From NCBI GenBank assembly GCA_040222015.1, contig JAVJWO010000085.1:1-64000 (forward strand): a DNA stretch of 64,000 nt, in the 5' to 3' direction. Under the pieces are notes generated by a model. The model ran no database searches. It saw only the letters and a program-made list of their open reading frames with translations, and was not told where the DNA came from. The stretch is from Coleofasciculus chthonoplastes F2-STO-03. Lineage in GTDB: Bacteria > Cyanobacteriota > Cyanobacteriia > Cyanobacteriales > Coleofasciculaceae. The position numbers were made by a program, and so were the translations under genes. This document shows, piece by piece, positions 21,430 to 31,955 of the stretch. How positions within the stretch are numbered: the stretch's first letter is position 1; every line of letters begins with the position of its first letter.

Positions 21430-21665
21430 TTTGTCATTCGTCATTCGTCATTTGTCATTTGTCATTCGTCATTTGTCATTTGTCATTCGTACAGTCGGGG
21501 CGGGTTTATTTACATCTGGGTGTAACCAAAAAGATAGTAGTGAAACCCGCCCCTACATAATCTTCGCCATCTCCCTCATCTTCCCCATCTTCCCCATCTT
21601 CCCCATCTTCCCCATCTTCCCCATCTTCCCCATCTTCCCCATCTCCCTCATCTCCCCCATCTTTC
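21430..21665. repeat. STRR heptamer and nonamer tracts with a REP doublet
   Basis: (TTTGTCA/TTCGTCA)n, GGGGCGGGTTT...AAACCCGCCCCTACA and (CATCTTCCC)n. Confidence 0.85.
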
Positions 21666-21764
21666 CCAAAAATTTAGACAGGTTGTTGTATAGGAGACAG
21701 CCTGAGAAGTCTCCTATGCTAGAATCAGCGTACACGGGCACGCAACAGGTGATGGAAATACGCC

Positions 21765-24239
21765 ATGTTTGAACGCTTTACAGAAAAAGCCATTAAGGTG
21801 ATCATGCTAGCCCAGGAAGAGGCACGTCGCCTGGGGCACAACTTTGTCGGCACGGAGCAAATCCTTCTGGGTTTGATCGGGGAGGGAACTGGCGTCGCCG
21901 CCAAAGTTCTTAAGTCGATGGGTGTCAATCTTAAAGATGCCCGGATTGAAGTTGAGAAAATCATTGGTAGAGGTTCCGGCTTTGTCGCTGTGGAAATTCC
22001 CTTTACCCCTAGGGCAAAACGAGTCTTAGAATTATCACTCGAAGAAGCCCGCCAACTGGGTCATAACTATATCGGAACTGAGCATTTACTGCTGGGTTTG
22101 ATCCGGGAAGGCGAAGGGGTGGCGGCACGAGTTTTGGAAAATTTGGGTGTAGACCTGACCAAGGTGAGAACTCAAGTCATCCGGATGCTGGGCGAGACGG
22201 CAGAAGTCACCAGTGGCGCATCTTCGGGTCGCACGAAAACACCAACCTTAGATGAATTTGGTAGCAATCTGACCCAAATGGCGGGTGAAGGTAAACTTGA
22301 TCCGGTAGTGGGACGCGCTAAAGAAATTGAGCGCGTTATCCAAATTTTGGGGCGCCGCACCAAAAATAACCCTGTATTAATTGGGGAACCTGGGGTGGGA
22401 AAAACCGCGATCGCAGAAGGATTGGCGCAGCGAATTGCTAATAACGATATCCCAGATATCTTAGAAGAAAAGCGCGTCGTTACCCTGGACATCGGGCTAC
22501 TGGTGGCGGGAACGAAGTATCGAGGTGAGTTTGAAGAACGCCTCAAGAAAATCATGGATGAGATCCGTCAAGCTGCCAATGTAATCTTGGTGATTGATGA
22601 GGTTCATACCCTGATTGGTGCAGGTGCGGCTGAAGGAGCTATTGATGCTGCAAATATCCTGAAACCCGCTTTAGCTAGGGGCGAACTCCAATGTATCGGG
22701 GCGACAACCCTGGATGAGTATCGTAAACATATTGAACGGGATGCGGCATTAGAACGGCGCTTCCAACCCGTGATGGTAGGTGAACCCTCCGTTGAAGAGA
22801 CGATTGAGATTTTATACGGGTTGCGCGAACGCTATGAACAGCATCACAAGCTGAAAATTTTAGATGAAGCCCTGGATGCAGCGGCAAAATTGTCGGATCG
22901 CTATATCTCGGATCGCTATTTACCCGATAAAGCGATTGACTTGATTGATGAAGCTGGTAGCCGGGTGCGTTTAATAAACTCCCAACTTCCGCCAGCGGCG
23001 AAAGAGTTAGATAAGGAACTGCGACAAGTCCTTAAGGAAAAAGACGACGCCGTGCGATCGCAAGACTTTGACCGGGCGGGTGAACTGCGCGATCGGGAAA
23101 TGGAAATTAAAGGCGAAATTCGCGCGATCGCTCAAAATAAAAAGGCGGAAACTGGAACCGATGATTCGCCGGTCGTCGATGAGGAAGATATTGCCCATAT
23201 TGTCGCCTCTTGGACGGGAGTACCCGTTAGCAAGCTGACAGAATCCGAGTCCGAGAAGCTGCTGCACATGGAAGATACACTGCATCAGCGCCTCATCGGT
23301 CAGGAAGATGCAGTGAAAGCGGTATCACGGGCGATTCGACGGGCAAGGGTAGGTTTAAAGAACCCCAACCGTCCCATCGCCAGTTTTGTCTTCTCTGGTC
23401 CTACCGGGGTGGGTAAAACTGAGTTAGCCAAATCCTTGGCGGCTTACTTCTTCGGGTCAGAAGAAGCGATGATTCGCTTGGATATGTCCGAGTACATGGA
23501 ACGCCATACCGTCAGTAAATTGATTGGTTCGCCTCCAGGCTACGTCGGCTACAACGAAGGCGGTCAACTAACCGAAGCGGTACGTCGTCGTCCCTACACG
23601 GTGGTGCTATTCGACGAAATCGAAAAAGCCCATCCTGATGTCTTTAACATGCTGCTGCAAATCCTGGAAGACGGGCGTCTCACCGATGCTAAAGGGCGGA
23701 CAGTAGACTTTAAGAACACCCTATTGATCATGACCTCTAATATTGGGTCTAAGGTGATTGAAAAAGGTGGCGGTGGTTTAGGCTTTGAGTTAAGTGACAA
23801 TGAAGCCGAATCCCAGTACAACCGCATCCGTTCTTTGGTCAACGAGGAACTCAAGCAGTACTTCCGTCCCGAATTCCTCAACCGTTTGGATGAGATTATT
23901 GTCTTCCGTCAGCTAAGCAAAGACGAGATCAAGGAAATCTGCGATATCCTACTGCGGGAAGTCTTCAAGCGTCTCACCGAAAAGGGAATTGCCTTGGAAG
24001 TCACCGATCGCTTCAAAGAACGGTTGGTGGAAGAAGGGTACAGTCCATCTTACGGCGCAAGACCCCTACGTCGGGCAATCATGCGCTTGTTAGAAGACGT
24101 ATTAGCAGAAGAAATCCTTTCGACTCGCCTGCAAGAAGGAGACAGTGCGATCGTCGATGTGGATGAAGAGGGCAAAGTGAAAGTGATTCCCGGAGAACCT
24201 GGGGAACAACGGGAACTTTTACCTCAAGGTGCTGAATAA
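21765..24239 (+). CDS. clpC: ATP-dependent Clp protease ATP-binding subunit ClpC
   Basis: [25 protein letters not shown]; two AAA+ modules ([16 protein letters not shown]). Confidence 0.98.
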   Translation: MFERFTEKAIKVIMLAQEEARRLGHNFVGTEQILLGLIGEGTGVAAKVLKSMGVNLKDARIEVEKIIGRGSGFVAVEIPFTPRAKRVLELSLEEARQLGHNYIGTEHLLLGLIREGEGVAARVLENLGVDLTKVRTQVIRMLGETAEVTSGASSGRTKTPTLDEFGSNLTQMAGEGKLDPVVGRAKEIERVIQILGRRTKNNPVLIGEPGVGKTAIAEGLAQRIANNDIPDILEEKRVVTLDIGLLVAGTKYRGEFEERLKKIMDEIRQAANVILVIDEVHTLIGAGAAEGAIDAANILKPALARGELQCIGATTLDEYRKHIERDAALERRFQPVMVGEPSVEETIEILYGLRERYEQHHKLKILDEALDAAAKLSDRYISDRYLPDKAIDLIDEAGSRVRLINSQLPPAAKELDKELRQVLKEKDDAVRSQDFDRAGELRDREMEIKGEIRAIAQNKKAETGTDDSPVVDEEDIAHIVASWTGVPVSKLTESESEKLLHMEDTLHQRLIGQEDAVKAVSRAIRRARVGLKNPNRPIASFVFSGPTGVGKTELAKSLAAYFFGSEEAMIRLDMSEYMERHTVSKLIGSPPGYVGYNEGGQLTEAVRRRPYTVVLFDEIEKAHPDVFNMLLQILEDGRLTDAKGRTVDFKNTLLIMTSNIGSKVIEKGGGGLGFELSDNEAESQYNRIRSLVNEELKQYFRPEFLNRLDEIIVFRQLSKDEIKEICDILLREVFKRLTEKGIALEVTDRFKERLVEEGYSPSYGARPLRRAIMRLLEDVLAEEILSTRLQEGDSAIVDVDEEGKVKVIPGEPGEQRELLPQGAE

Positions 24240-24265
24240 TCCACTCGATTGATAATTCCCTTATG

Positions 24266-24299
24266 GCGGTAGAGAAGGTTAGCCTTTTCTACCGTTTTT
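24266..24299 (+). terminator. Rho-independent terminator after clpC
   Basis: GCGGTAGAGAAGG-TTAG-CCTTTTCTACCGT followed by a T-tract. Confidence 0.75.
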
Positions 24300-24345
24300 G
24301 TCGCAGAGGGCAGAAGGCAGAAGGCAGAGGGCAGAAGGTTGAGTT

Positions 24346-24756
24346 ATGCGTATACTTGATGATTTAGAAACACCGTTCCAGATTAATATTGTGCCGATGA
24401 TTGATGCAATATTCGCAATCTTGGCATTTTTTATCATTTCAACGCTTTATTTAACCCGATCTGAAGGACTACCTGTTAATTTACCGACAGCGATAACCGC
24501 AGAGAGTCAGGTACAAGACCGAATAATTACGGTCACGATTCAGGCAAATGGAGCCATTTTTATTAACCAAGAACCGATTGAATTATCACAACTTGAAGTA
24601 GGGATAGAGTCATTAGTAACAGGAGATTCTCCATTCTTAGTGATTATTAATGCCGATGAAAATGTCCCTCATGGTCGAGTCGTTAGCGTTATGGATCGCT
24701 TACGGTTAGTCCAAGGAATTCGTTTAGCGATCGCGGCAGTAGAAGCAATGAGATAA
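24346..24756 (+). CDS. exbD: ExbD/TolR biopolymer transport protein
   Basis: INIVPMID.IF.IL.FF, V.LP.A, INAD..V.HG.VV.VMD. Confidence 0.9.
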   Translation: MRILDDLETPFQINIVPMIDAIFAILAFFIISTLYLTRSEGLPVNLPTAITAESQVQDRIITVTIQANGAIFINQEPIELSQLEVGIESLVTGDSPFLVIINADENVPHGRVVSVMDRLRLVQGIRLAIAAVEAMR

Positions 24757-25422
24757 GCCGTTCAGCATTTAAACCTTAATGTCTATAATGACGAAATCCC
24801 TGTAGTGCTAGCCAGCCAGCTCGCTACTAATACCCAATTTAAATGGAATGGTACTGAAAATTTACATTTTGGGAGCGCCAAAACCTTGATATACCGTAGG
24901 GTGGGCATTGCCCACCAGCCTTACAGCACTTTCACGCCACGGTGGGCTCTTCCGGATGCTTGGTGGAAAATGTAGCAAATAATACGATTTAAACTGAATT
25001 AAGCTAAAAAATGCTAAACCACCATCATAGCCCACAATCGGGCAAACTCCTCAAATCGGCACGGGCAAACCTAAACATTTTTTAAAATTTAATTTATAAT
25101 TCGTAAAGATATTTATCGCAAATTTTCGACCCTAGTCTAATAAAATAGCTAAAGTTAGCTTGCTGGTTGCGACAAAAGGGAATGACTCCTGTACGAACAG
25201 GTTCTGACATGCTATCACGGAAAGATATTATTCAGAGATTGGCTACAGCCAGCAGCATTACGGAATGGATTAGGGATTCCGCAACGTCCAGTTTTGTCGG
25301 CGTGGACGCTGGTTCCCTGTAATATGCACAGACAACTTCTCTTGTCAAGATCTTATAGAATTTGACACTCTCAGGTTTTTTTCTGTTCGCTGATTTAAAT
25401 TTTAAATGGAGGAATATGACTC

Positions 25423-27144
25423 ATGCCATTAGATTATTTTGCACCAGGAGTCTACGTTGAAGAGGTAGACCGAGGCAGTCGCCCGATAGAGGGCATTAGT
25501 ATGAGTGTCGCTGGGTTTATTGGGTTTACCGAGGATATACGCGGTGACGCCGAATTATTTAAACCCATGCTGATTACCACTTGGGATCAGTACTTACAGT
25601 CCTTTGCCAAAGAAGGCTCCGATGGGTTTACGGACTTTGACGCCTATTTACCCTTTGCGGTTCAAGGGTGGTTTCTCAATGGTGGGGGTCGCTGTTGGGT
25701 GACCAGTATTGGTACAAAACTTCCCGGTTCTGAACCGCCGCCAATCGAGCAAACGGGGACTAAGATTCTCACAGCCGGAAATCGCCCCTCTTTACAATTC
25801 ACGCTTAAACCGGCTGAATCTGAATCAGAAGAAGGGGGAGCCTTAGCGCTATCCGGTGCAGATGAACCTCGGCTGCGGATGGTGATTCAAGAAAGCACAC
25901 CCAAACCCTTACCCGAAGACGCACCAGAGGATGCCGAACCTCCGTACAATACCGGTGAATTCTTTGACCTGATTGTGGCACGGGGCGACGAGGTATTGGA
26001 ACGGTATGACCACCTGACGATGAATCCCGAAGTGGAAACTCAGGTAGCTGACTATGTAGTTACCGCCGTAGAAAGTTCTGAATTTATCCAGGCGGTTGAC
26101 ATTTCCCAAAGCGGACAACCCCTGTCACGGCGACCTATGCAGGGAGCGTATGAGATTACACCGCCCCCCTATATTTCTGACCCGGAACACTTTGCCCGGG
26201 ATTTACAAGGACAACGGGATGACCGCACGGGGACACAGGGGATTTTTGAAATTGATGAAGTCGCCATGATTGCTTGTCCTGACTTGATGAAGGTGTATCA
26301 AGAGGGATTGATGAACTTGGAGCAAGTTCACGGTGTCATGGAAATGATGCTGAGTATGTGCGAGAATTCCTTCCCCGGTCCAGCCTACCGGATGGCGGTT
26401 CTTGATGCACCTCCGGTCAAGCCGACGAAAGGAGATACCCCGGTTTCGGCGGAACAACAGAAGCCGCAAGATGTCGCGGCTTGGTTAAAACTGTTTAACC
26501 GCCGTTCCATGTTTGGCGCTCTTTATTATCCTTGGATTAAAGTAGCGAATCCTCGCAATGGTGGGCGTCCCATGTATGTCCCCCCCTGTGGTCACATGAT
26601 GGGGATTTGGTGTCGCACCGATGAGACACGCGGCGTGTTCAAAGCACCCGCTAACGAAACACCGCGCGGTGTGACGGGTTTAGCCTATGACACCAATATG
26701 CGGGAACAGGAACTGTTAAACCCGATGGGAATTAACTGTATCCGTAACTTCGCCAATTACAACCGAGGTTACAAGGTTTGGGGTGCTCGCACCTTGGTAG
26801 AACCGGATAACGTGCAATGGCGTTATATCAGTGTCCGCCGCTTACTCAGCTACATTGAGAAATCCATTGAAATTGGTACACAGTGGGTGGTGTTCGAGCC
26901 AAATGACCAAATTCTCTGGGCGCGTGTACGCCGTACAGTCAACAATTTCCTAGAACGGCTGTGGCGTGAGGGAGCATTGTTTGGAACTTCCCCTTCAGAA
27001 TCGTTCTATGTCAAGTGTGATGGGGAAATCAATACCCATGAGACAATTATGCTCGGTCGTCTCTATGTAGAAGTCGGTGTTTGTCCAGTCCGTCCGGCTG
27101 AATTTGTGATCTTCCGGATTAGTCAGTGGGCACCGAATCAATAG
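25423..27144 (+). CDS. Contractile injection system tail sheath protein
   Basis: DYFAPGVYVEE, F.NGG.RCW, ALYYPWI.V, PP.GH..G...RTD..RGV.KAPAN, WGARTL, WRYISVRR, WVVFEPND, PAEFVIFRI.Q. Confidence 0.95.
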   Translation: MPLDYFAPGVYVEEVDRGSRPIEGISMSVAGFIGFTEDIRGDAELFKPMLITTWDQYLQSFAKEGSDGFTDFDAYLPFAVQGWFLNGGGRCWVTSIGTKLPGSEPPPIEQTGTKILTAGNRPSLQFTLKPAESESEEGGALALSGADEPRLRMVIQESTPKPLPEDAPEDAEPPYNTGEFFDLIVARGDEVLERYDHLTMNPEVETQVADYVVTAVESSEFIQAVDISQSGQPLSRRPMQGAYEITPPPYISDPEHFARDLQGQRDDRTGTQGIFEIDEVAMIACPDLMKVYQEGLMNLEQVHGVMEMMLSMCENSFPGPAYRMAVLDAPPVKPTKGDTPVSAEQQKPQDVAAWLKLFNRRSMFGALYYPWIKVANPRNGGRPMYVPPCGHMMGIWCRTDETRGVFKAPANETPRGVTGLAYDTNMREQELLNPMGINCIRNFANYNRGYKVWGARTLVEPDNVQWRYISVRRLLSYIEKSIEIGTQWVVFEPNDQILWARVRRTVNNFLERLWREGALFGTSPSESFYVKCDGEINTHETIMLGRLYVEVGVCPVRPAEFVIFRISQWAPNQ

Positions 27145-27593
27145 GTGATACCACAAACCTCCTACCTAAGTAATCGCTTTAGGTAGGGGTTAAAACGCCA
27201 TTTAGGGGCGACCCACTGGCATTAATGGACAACTCTAGAAACAGGGCGGGTTTAGTCACATCGAGGTGCAACCGAAAAGATAGTAGTAAAACCCGCCCCT
27301 ACATCGGGTCGCCTTGAATTTAGGCAAAGTAAATAATTGTAACGAAAAAGGATTGAGAAACATCAAATCAAAAGGGAAGGAAACTCGAATTTCATCGAAC
27401 GTTTAACAGCACCTCACAGACCTTGACATTTTGTAATCGTTATGAGCAAAAAATTATGCTATAACAGAAGTCTCTAACTGTTAAACTGTCTGATTATGGT
27501 CTGATGGTTTGGTCAATGTGTTAACTTATGTATCGCCAACACATCGAAACAAGTCAAGGTTAACTATTAACTTGAGAATAAGGAGATAAAGAT

Positions 27594-28082
27594 ATGGCTG
27601 CCGAACTAAAAGGTCTTGCCCCTAGTAGTTTTTCCTGTGATATTGATGGTTTGGGTGAAGTTTCATTTCAAAGTGTGAAAGTTCCTGAGTACAAGCCGAA
27701 ACTAGCGGGTGAATCCGCCGTGGTGGGTTCAATGAAAGGTGGGAAATCCGAGCGGCAGATTAACTCGGCGGGCTTTGAGGAAGTGGTCACTTTTGATTTA
27801 GTCTGCCTTTCTAGTCCAAGTCCAACCAGTTCTAGTGTAATCATGTGGAAATGGTTCAAAGCTTGCCTCCCTCCCTCCGATGGCGGTGAAGGAAAATGGG
27901 CTGATAACAAAAAAACAGGAAGTATCTTTGCCTACAGTCATGATGATGCAATTATCGCCCAATGGGACTTCCAAGAAGCGTGGCCCTCGAAAATGAGCCT
28001 TTCCGAATTGGATGTCAATGGCAAAGATTATCTCAAAGAAACCTGGACAATAGTGTGCGAAAATTGCACCCGCGTGATGTAG
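27594..28082 (+). CDS. Tail tube-like protein (T4 gp19 family), divergent
   Basis: F...IDG, W.WF, KKTGSI..Y......QW.F.EAWP.K...ELD, E...IVCE. Confidence 0.75.
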   Translation: MAAELKGLAPSSFSCDIDGLGEVSFQSVKVPEYKPKLAGESAVVGSMKGGKSERQINSAGFEEVVTFDLVCLSSPSPTSSSVIMWKWFKACLPPSDGGEGKWADNKKTGSIFAYSHDDAIIAQWDFQEAWPSKMSLSELDVNGKDYLKETWTIVCENCTRVM

Positions 28083-28142
28083 GACATTTGAGGGATTTGA
28101 TCATCAGCTATTTAATGAACTGAATTATCTGGGAGTTGAACC

Positions 28143-28631
28143 ATGGGAGATATTGAATATAACACAAACTCTGCTTTCTTTTTTGATTGTGATGGAATGG
28201 AGATAGTCGTCGAAAAATGTACGATTCCTGCGATTGAAATGAAAGTGGCAGCAGGAAGCGGAGCCATCGGCTGCGGCAGAGATGGGAAAACCCAAACCCA
28301 AGCTACCCCGGGTGCAGTCGAGTATGGTTCTGCTCTTAAACTCGAATATGTGGCAGGTAACGAGGGAGATCAACAGAAAATAACCGATTGGTATAAGAAA
28401 TGCCACGCCTCCTCGTTCTCCGGTGGTGCTACAGAGTCGAGGAAAAACCGAAAAACAGCATCACTGTTTATTTACGATATGAATGGTAATATTGGAGCGC
28501 AGTACGATTTCATCGATTGCTTCCCCAGCAATCTGACCCAAACCAGTCAATTCGATGTTAGTAAGCCGGGAGAACTGGCGAAAGATACGATGGAGATTCG
28601 GTTCACGAAAATGGTACGGGCAGACGTGTGA
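28143..28631 (+). CDS. Tail tube-like protein (T4 gp19 family), divergent
   Basis: TPG.VEY, WY, RKTASL.IYD.NG....Y.F..CFP, ..K.T.EI.F. Confidence 0.7.
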   Translation: MGDIEYNTNSAFFFDCDGMEIVVEKCTIPAIEMKVAAGSGAIGCGRDGKTQTQATPGAVEYGSALKLEYVAGNEGDQQKITDWYKKCHASSFSGGATESRKNRKTASLFIYDMNGNIGAQYDFIDCFPSNLTQTSQFDVSKPGELAKDTMEIRFTKMVRADV

Positions 28632-28753
28632 TGTGAGTATTGCCTCAATTCGTAATCTAGTTTGTTTAATAAGCTGCCTGGGTGTTTGTTTAAAAAACAC
28701 CGGGCAGTGTTTTGTCCATTGCCGGATAACATGAAAGGCAAAGGAGGTGAACA

Positions 28754-29248
28754 ATGGCAGAAGTTGAAATTCTGACGCGATCGCGCTTTTATTTAGAGTT
28801 AATCTTAGATGGAAGTAACGATGCTGTCGATGGTTTGTTTCAGGAATGTGCGGGCTTTAAAGCAACCCAGGATGTTGTTGAAGTCTGCGAGGTAACGCCG
28901 CAGAAGTGGGGTAAAAGCGGGAATTCTAGAGGTCGAATGGTTCGGACTAAGGTTCCGGGTAATATCACCTACACCAATCTCACCTTGAAACGAGGTTTAA
29001 ATATTTCCATGACCTTGTGGAATTGGCTGAATTCTGTACAGGAAGGAGCAAATTGGGAAGATCAACGGCGTAATGGTGCATTAGTTCTCTATGATACGGC
29101 ATCTAAGGAGCAGTTTCGATTTGAATTTAAAGGCGCGTGGCCCATTAGCTATAAAATTTCTGATTTGACTGTTACAGGAGATGAGTATCAAGTAGAAGAA
29201 GTCGAGGTGACAGTTGAACAATTAACACGGATTAAGCCAGGGACATGA
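28754..29248 (+). CDS. Tail tube/initiator protein (Afp1/Afp5-like)
   Basis: RFYLE...DG, F.EC.G, K.PG...Y.NLTLKRG, LW.W, RRNG..VLYD, F.F..AWP, E.E...E.L.R. Confidence 0.85.
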   Translation: MAEVEILTRSRFYLELILDGSNDAVDGLFQECAGFKATQDVVEVCEVTPQKWGKSGNSRGRMVRTKVPGNITYTNLTLKRGLNISMTLWNWLNSVQEGANWEDQRRNGALVLYDTASKEQFRFEFKGAWPISYKISDLTVTGDEYQVEEVEVTVEQLTRIKPGT

Positions 29249-29604
29249 TTCAAACCGAGTTTGAATTTGAGCTTCCCAAAGGATATCTGGATGGGGAAGG
29301 AAACTTACACCGCAAAGGGGTAATGCGGTTAGCGCGGGCAATTGATGAAATCGTTCCCATGCGTGATCCTCGCGTGAAATCTAATCCCGCGTATGCCACG
29401 GTGATTATTTTATCAAGAGTCATTTTACGTTTGGGGGCTTTAGATGAAGTCACTCCTACAATAATTGAAAATTTGTTTACCTGTGATCTCAATTATTTGC
29501 AACAATTTTATCGGCAAATTAACGAATTAGAATCTGAAAACCAAGTCGAACAGAGTTCTAGTTTTTCGGCACAATCTGGATCAATCACATCTGATTCTGA
29601 ATGA
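29245..29604 (+). CDS. CIS tail assembly chaperone-like protein 1
   Basis: TEFEFELPKGYLD.EG.LHRKG.MRLA.A.DEI.P.RDPRV..NPAY...IILSRVI..LG. Confidence 0.8.
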   Translation: MIQTEFEFELPKGYLDGEGNLHRKGVMRLARAIDEIVPMRDPRVKSNPAYATVIILSRVILRLGALDEVTPTIIENLFTCDLNYLQQFYRQINELESENQVEQSSSFSAQSGSITSDSE

Positions 29605-29768
29605 TATAAAATTCATTTTTTTGTCAACAATAAATCTCAAAAATAAGGTTTGATACAAGTGGTTAAGTAAAGGGCGACCCGATCCAATTAAATGGATAAA
29701 CTTGTTGATTGATGCAGCGGGTCGCCCCTACAGGAGAACGAAGGACAAAGGACAAATGACCAATAACT

Positions 29769-30086
29769 ATGGACTATACATATTTTGAATTTACTCTACC
29801 CAAAGGTTTCGTGGATACCAATTGTGGTATTCATCACCATGGGATAATGCGTCGAGTCACCGGGAAAGATGAGATTGTAGTTCACAAAGATAGCCATGTG
29901 CAGCAAGAACCTTACTACCGCATTTTTGTTATTTTGTCTAGAGTTATCACCCGTATTGGCAACCTTTCTCCGGTTACACCGAAACTATTAGAACAACTTT
30001 TTTTAGTAGACTTGATTTACTTACAAAACTTTTTCAATCATATCAATCAGCATCAGGGAGGAATGGCGCGATCGGGGGAATATTAG
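29769..30086 (+). CDS. CIS tail assembly chaperone-like protein 2 (putative G form)
   Basis: Paralog of 29245-29604; ends TCG GGG GAA TAT TAG. Confidence 0.8.
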   Translation: MDYTYFEFTLPKGFVDTNCGIHHHGIMRRVTGKDEIVVHKDSHVQQEPYYRIFVILSRVITRIGNLSPVTPKLLEQLFLVDLIYLQNFFNHINQHQGGMARSGEY

Positions 30087-30229
30087 GCTACCCCTTGGAT
30101 CGTTTATACCAAGAGGTAGCCTTAATTGCTTTTTACTTTCACTGGTCATTAGACGATATCCTAAACCTAGAACATGAAGAACGGCTGCGCTGGGTTATAG
30201 AAATCCGCCGATTCACGAATGACAAATGA
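30074..30229 (+). CDS. DUF6760-like ORF in the -1 frame (putative T extension)
   Basis: GGILGYPLDRLYQEVALIAFYFHWSLDDILNLEHEERLRWVIEI; no ATG/GTG/TTG in frame between stop 29939-29941 and the conserved GYP; not in the ORF track. Confidence 0.75.
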   Translation, partial: GGILGYPLDRLYQEVALIAFYFHWSLDDILNLEHEERLRWVIEIRRFTNDK

Positions 30230-30267
30230 CAAATGACGAATGACGAATGACAAATGACAAATGACAA

Positions 30268-30549
30268 ATGACGAAATTTGCCTTCCCCTTGTCAGAAACC
30301 GCTGTTCAGGTAAAAATAGGGTCACAGTTGATCGAGTGTATCCCTGAGTTAGACCAAGCTCAAGTGCTTGTAGATACGGAACCACCAGCCGATTATTTTG
30401 ATGATCTGCCTTCATTCAATCCCCTATTTGCTCAAGGTGTTAGCACTCGCCCCTGTCCCTGTGGATCAGGTCAATTGTTTCAAGCGTGTCATGGCAGCTT
30501 AACTATCAACTGTCAATCGTCAACCGTGGAAACCTCTGAGTCATCGTAA
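30268..30549 (+). CDS. Small SEC-C motif protein
   Basis: PCPCGSGQLFQACHG; stop overlaps the next start (TAATG). Confidence 0.55.
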   Translation: MTKFAFPLSETAVQVKIGSQLIECIPELDQAQVLVDTEPPADYFDDLPSFNPLFAQGVSTRPCPCGSGQLFQACHGSLTINCQSSTVETSESS

Positions 30550-31883
30550 TGAGTAATTCTCTAGCCATTGCTACCGTAACCGCCACTCTCCAACGAATTG
30601 TACAGACGTCGATTCAGGACGATATTAGTGGGGCAATGGTGACCACACTACGACCCAATGAAGTGGGAACAGCAACTCCCCAAGTGGGCGTGAATGTCTT
30701 TCTTTACCAGGTTCAGATTAACCATGCTTGGCGTCAACAGGCTGAAATACAAGCCCGCAGTCGGGGAAACCCAGGTGCCAAGCGATCGCAAACTGCCCTA
30801 GACTTACATTACATGATCAGTTTCTACGGGAATGATAACGACTTACAACCGCAACGGTTGATGGGTAGTGTGATGGGTGGTCTCAACGACTGGCGTACCC
30901 TGAAAAAAGAGAGAATTGAGCAAACCCTCCACGATTCTACCTATCACTATTTATTAGAGTCTGACCTACCGGATCAGATCCAAGAAATCTCCCTGTGGCC
31001 CCTCGATTTGTCCTTAGAAGATTTATCTAAAGCCTGGTCAGCTTTTTTTCAAACCACTTACTTATTATCGGTGGCTTATCGGGCTAGGGTAATTATGCTC
31101 GAAGGGCAAGATACAGGCAAGAGACCTCTGCCAGTACGGGCTCGTTCTTTAGAGGGAATTGTTCCCTTTACTAATCAGCCGAAAATTGATCGGATCATTT
31201 CTGAAGCTGGGCGATTGGAACCCATCTTAGCCGATAGTACGGTGTTAATTCAAGGGAACCATTTACAAAGTGATATCACCCAAGTTTGGATTGGGGAAAT
31301 GGAAGTCACCCCCAGTGAAATCACCGACACCCAAATTGTATTACCCCTTTCCTCTATACCCACTGAATCATTACAGGCGGGGATGCATAGTCTCCAGGTG
31401 GTGCATCGTCTGGCAAAAGTGATGCCACCCACATCAGGTAATGGTAATGGCGTCAGTGGGAATGGGGGTCAGATGCAAACGGTTAATCAGCCTCAAACTT
31501 TTGTTTCTAGTATTCAGTCGAATGTATCTCCTTTGGTGATTCGTCCCACAATTACAAAAACTACGGTGTCTAAAAAAGAGGTTGATGATGAAGATTTGCG
31601 GTCTGCGGAAATACGGGTACGATCCAATTTAACCGTAGGTAAAAAGCAGCGCGTTTTGTTAGCCCTGAATGAAATTGATACGAATCAACCGGCGGCTTAT
31701 TTGTTTGAAGCGTCTCCTCGCCAGACGGATGTGATTTGGGTGTCTTTCCCGGTTGAACGGATGAAAGGAGGACGCTATTTAGTTCGCTTGTTGGTTGATG
31801 GTGCAGAAAGTCCGCTGATTGTGGATACTGAACCCGATAGTCCCACGTTTAATCAGTATGTGGGTCCGAGAATCTCGATTTAA
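30549..31883 (+). CDS. DUF4255/Pvc16-like CIS cap (tail terminator) protein with Ig-like C-terminal domains
   Basis: MSN.LAIATVT.TL, VN.FLYQV..N..WR, LDLHYMI.F, LS..WS.F....Y.LSVAY; IPT/TIG-like segment; L.R..VDGAES. Confidence 0.8.
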   Translation: MSNSLAIATVTATLQRIVQTSIQDDISGAMVTTLRPNEVGTATPQVGVNVFLYQVQINHAWRQQAEIQARSRGNPGAKRSQTALDLHYMISFYGNDNDLQPQRLMGSVMGGLNDWRTLKKERIEQTLHDSTYHYLLESDLPDQIQEISLWPLDLSLEDLSKAWSAFFQTTYLLSVAYRARVIMLEGQDTGKRPLPVRARSLEGIVPFTNQPKIDRIISEAGRLEPILADSTVLIQGNHLQSDITQVWIGEMEVTPSEITDTQIVLPLSSIPTESLQAGMHSLQVVHRLAKVMPPTSGNGNGVSGNGGQMQTVNQPQTFVSSIQSNVSPLVIRPTITKTTVSKKEVDDEDLRSAEIRVRSNLTVGKKQRVLLALNEIDTNQPAAYLFEASPRQTDVIWVSFPVERMKGGRYLVRLLVDGAESPLIVDTEPDSPTFNQYVGPRISI

Positions 31884-31955
31884 AGGGTTGATTGTTCATT
31901 GGTTTTGACATCCTAAATTTGTGCTAGTTGGTTATTCTTTATCCCTGAGAAGACG

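Noticed and set aside
21431..21772. Repetitive ORFs (FVICHLS, PIFPIF, EMGEMG) here and at 19134, 48920-49234, 52494-52730 and 54161-54358
   Set aside because: They are translations of STRR tracts
25423..31883. Prophage or T6SS
   Set aside because: No capsid, terminase, integrase or TssJLM/ClpV genes; the single sheath and Pvc16-like gene fit eCIS
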